Of a DNA stretch of 64,000 nt, positions 63,543 through 64,000 are shown one piece after another. The notes beneath the pieces were generated by a model that did no database searches, was not told where the DNA came from, and was given only the letters and a program-made list of their open reading frames with translations. The stretch spans positions 259,174 to 323,173 of the forward strand of contig CAWIDI010000003.1 in the NCBI GenBank assembly GCA_963834915.1, in the 5' to 3' direction. The first letter of the stretch is position 1; the number at the start of each line of letters is the position of its first letter. This stretch comes from an uncultured Chloroflexia bacterium. GTDB taxonomy: Bacteria; Chloroflexota; Limnocylindria; Limnocylindrales; CSP1-4. A program made the position numbers and the translations under genes.

Positions 63543-63560
63543 TGGTTGACCGGTGACCCA
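63543..63560. promoter_or_regulatory. FadR-type operator (fourth copy)
   Basis: TGGTTGACCGGTGACCCA between the SDR SD and a minus-strand TACGAT -10-like hexamer (63564-63569). Confidence 0.65.
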
Positions 63561-63645
63561 TCTATCGTACAGACCTGGGCGACCGGTTGGTGAGCCGCGC
63601 TATCATCCCTGCCGTGGATCAGGCGCTCGACAAAGCGGAGGGTGT

Positions 63646-64000
63646 GTGTCCCTAGCCCCGGTCGGCCTACATGCGGTCGATCCCCGCGAGCACGAGTCGG
63701 TGTCGACGGAGGTCACACGGAGACTCGCGAGCTATCTGCTCGATGGCAATGTCCCTCGCGGAGAGCGCATCCCATCGGAGCGTCGGCTCGCGGAAGTCTT
63801 CGGGGTAGGGCGATTCGTGGTCCGCGAGGCCGTCAAGACGCTGGCGACGATCGGCATCGTCGAAGTCAGGCAGGGCGACGGTACTTACTACCGGCGCCGC
63901 GGCGACTCGGTGCTCCTTTCGACTGTCGTCGAATGGGGCTTACTGCTCGACTCCGGTCGCATCGAAGAACTGATCGAGGCGCGGCGATTGATCGAGGTCG
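63646..64000 (+). CDS. Second GntR/FadR family regulator (3'-truncated; absent from ORF track)
   Basis: GGAGG then GTG 63646; reads EVTRRLASYLLDG...IPSERRLAEVFGVGRFVVREAVKTL, a clear paralog of 60917-61669. Confidence 0.88.
   Translation, partial: MSLAPVGLHAVDPREHESVSTEVTRRLASYLLDGNVPRGERIPSERRLAEVFGVGRFVVREAVKTLATIGIVEVRQGDGTYYRRRGDSVLLSTVVEWGLLLDSGRIEELIEARRLIEV

Overview
High-GC bacterial chromosome segment; gene content suggests a soil or freshwater Chloroflexota/actinobacterium-like organism (inference only). It holds about 62 CDS, and I saw no rRNA, tRNA, CRISPR array, transposase or integrase. 1-45.6 kb: a polyamine ABC transporter; a methylated-compound demethylation-like cluster (Rieske oxygenase, DmdA-like and second GcvT-family proteins, BetI-like TetR, CrtI-like FAD enzyme); a beta-CASP nuclease; a ctaA-ctaB fusion; a pyr operon split into pyrRBC and pyrKDE; two ECF sigma/anti-sigma pairs; a GalT-fold protein with a rewritten active site next to lipB; and a papain-alpha/beta-hydrolase fusion. 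About a dozen frameshifts in this part, including in pyrC and pyrE, look like assembly indel errors. 45.6-64 kb is visibly less GC-rich. It carries a catabolic island: a GH140/DUF4038-like glycosidase, a Dpp-type ABC importer, a VOC protein, AcoAB-like E1, an E2 split into catalytic and lipoyl genes in reversed order, ALDH, cyclase, SDR and two FadR regulators. Four copies of an 18-bp palindrome (consensus TGGTTGACCGGTCAACCA) next to promoter elements tie it together, making it the best candidate for an undescribed pathway and regulon. All family calls come from motif recognition by eye; no database searches were run.
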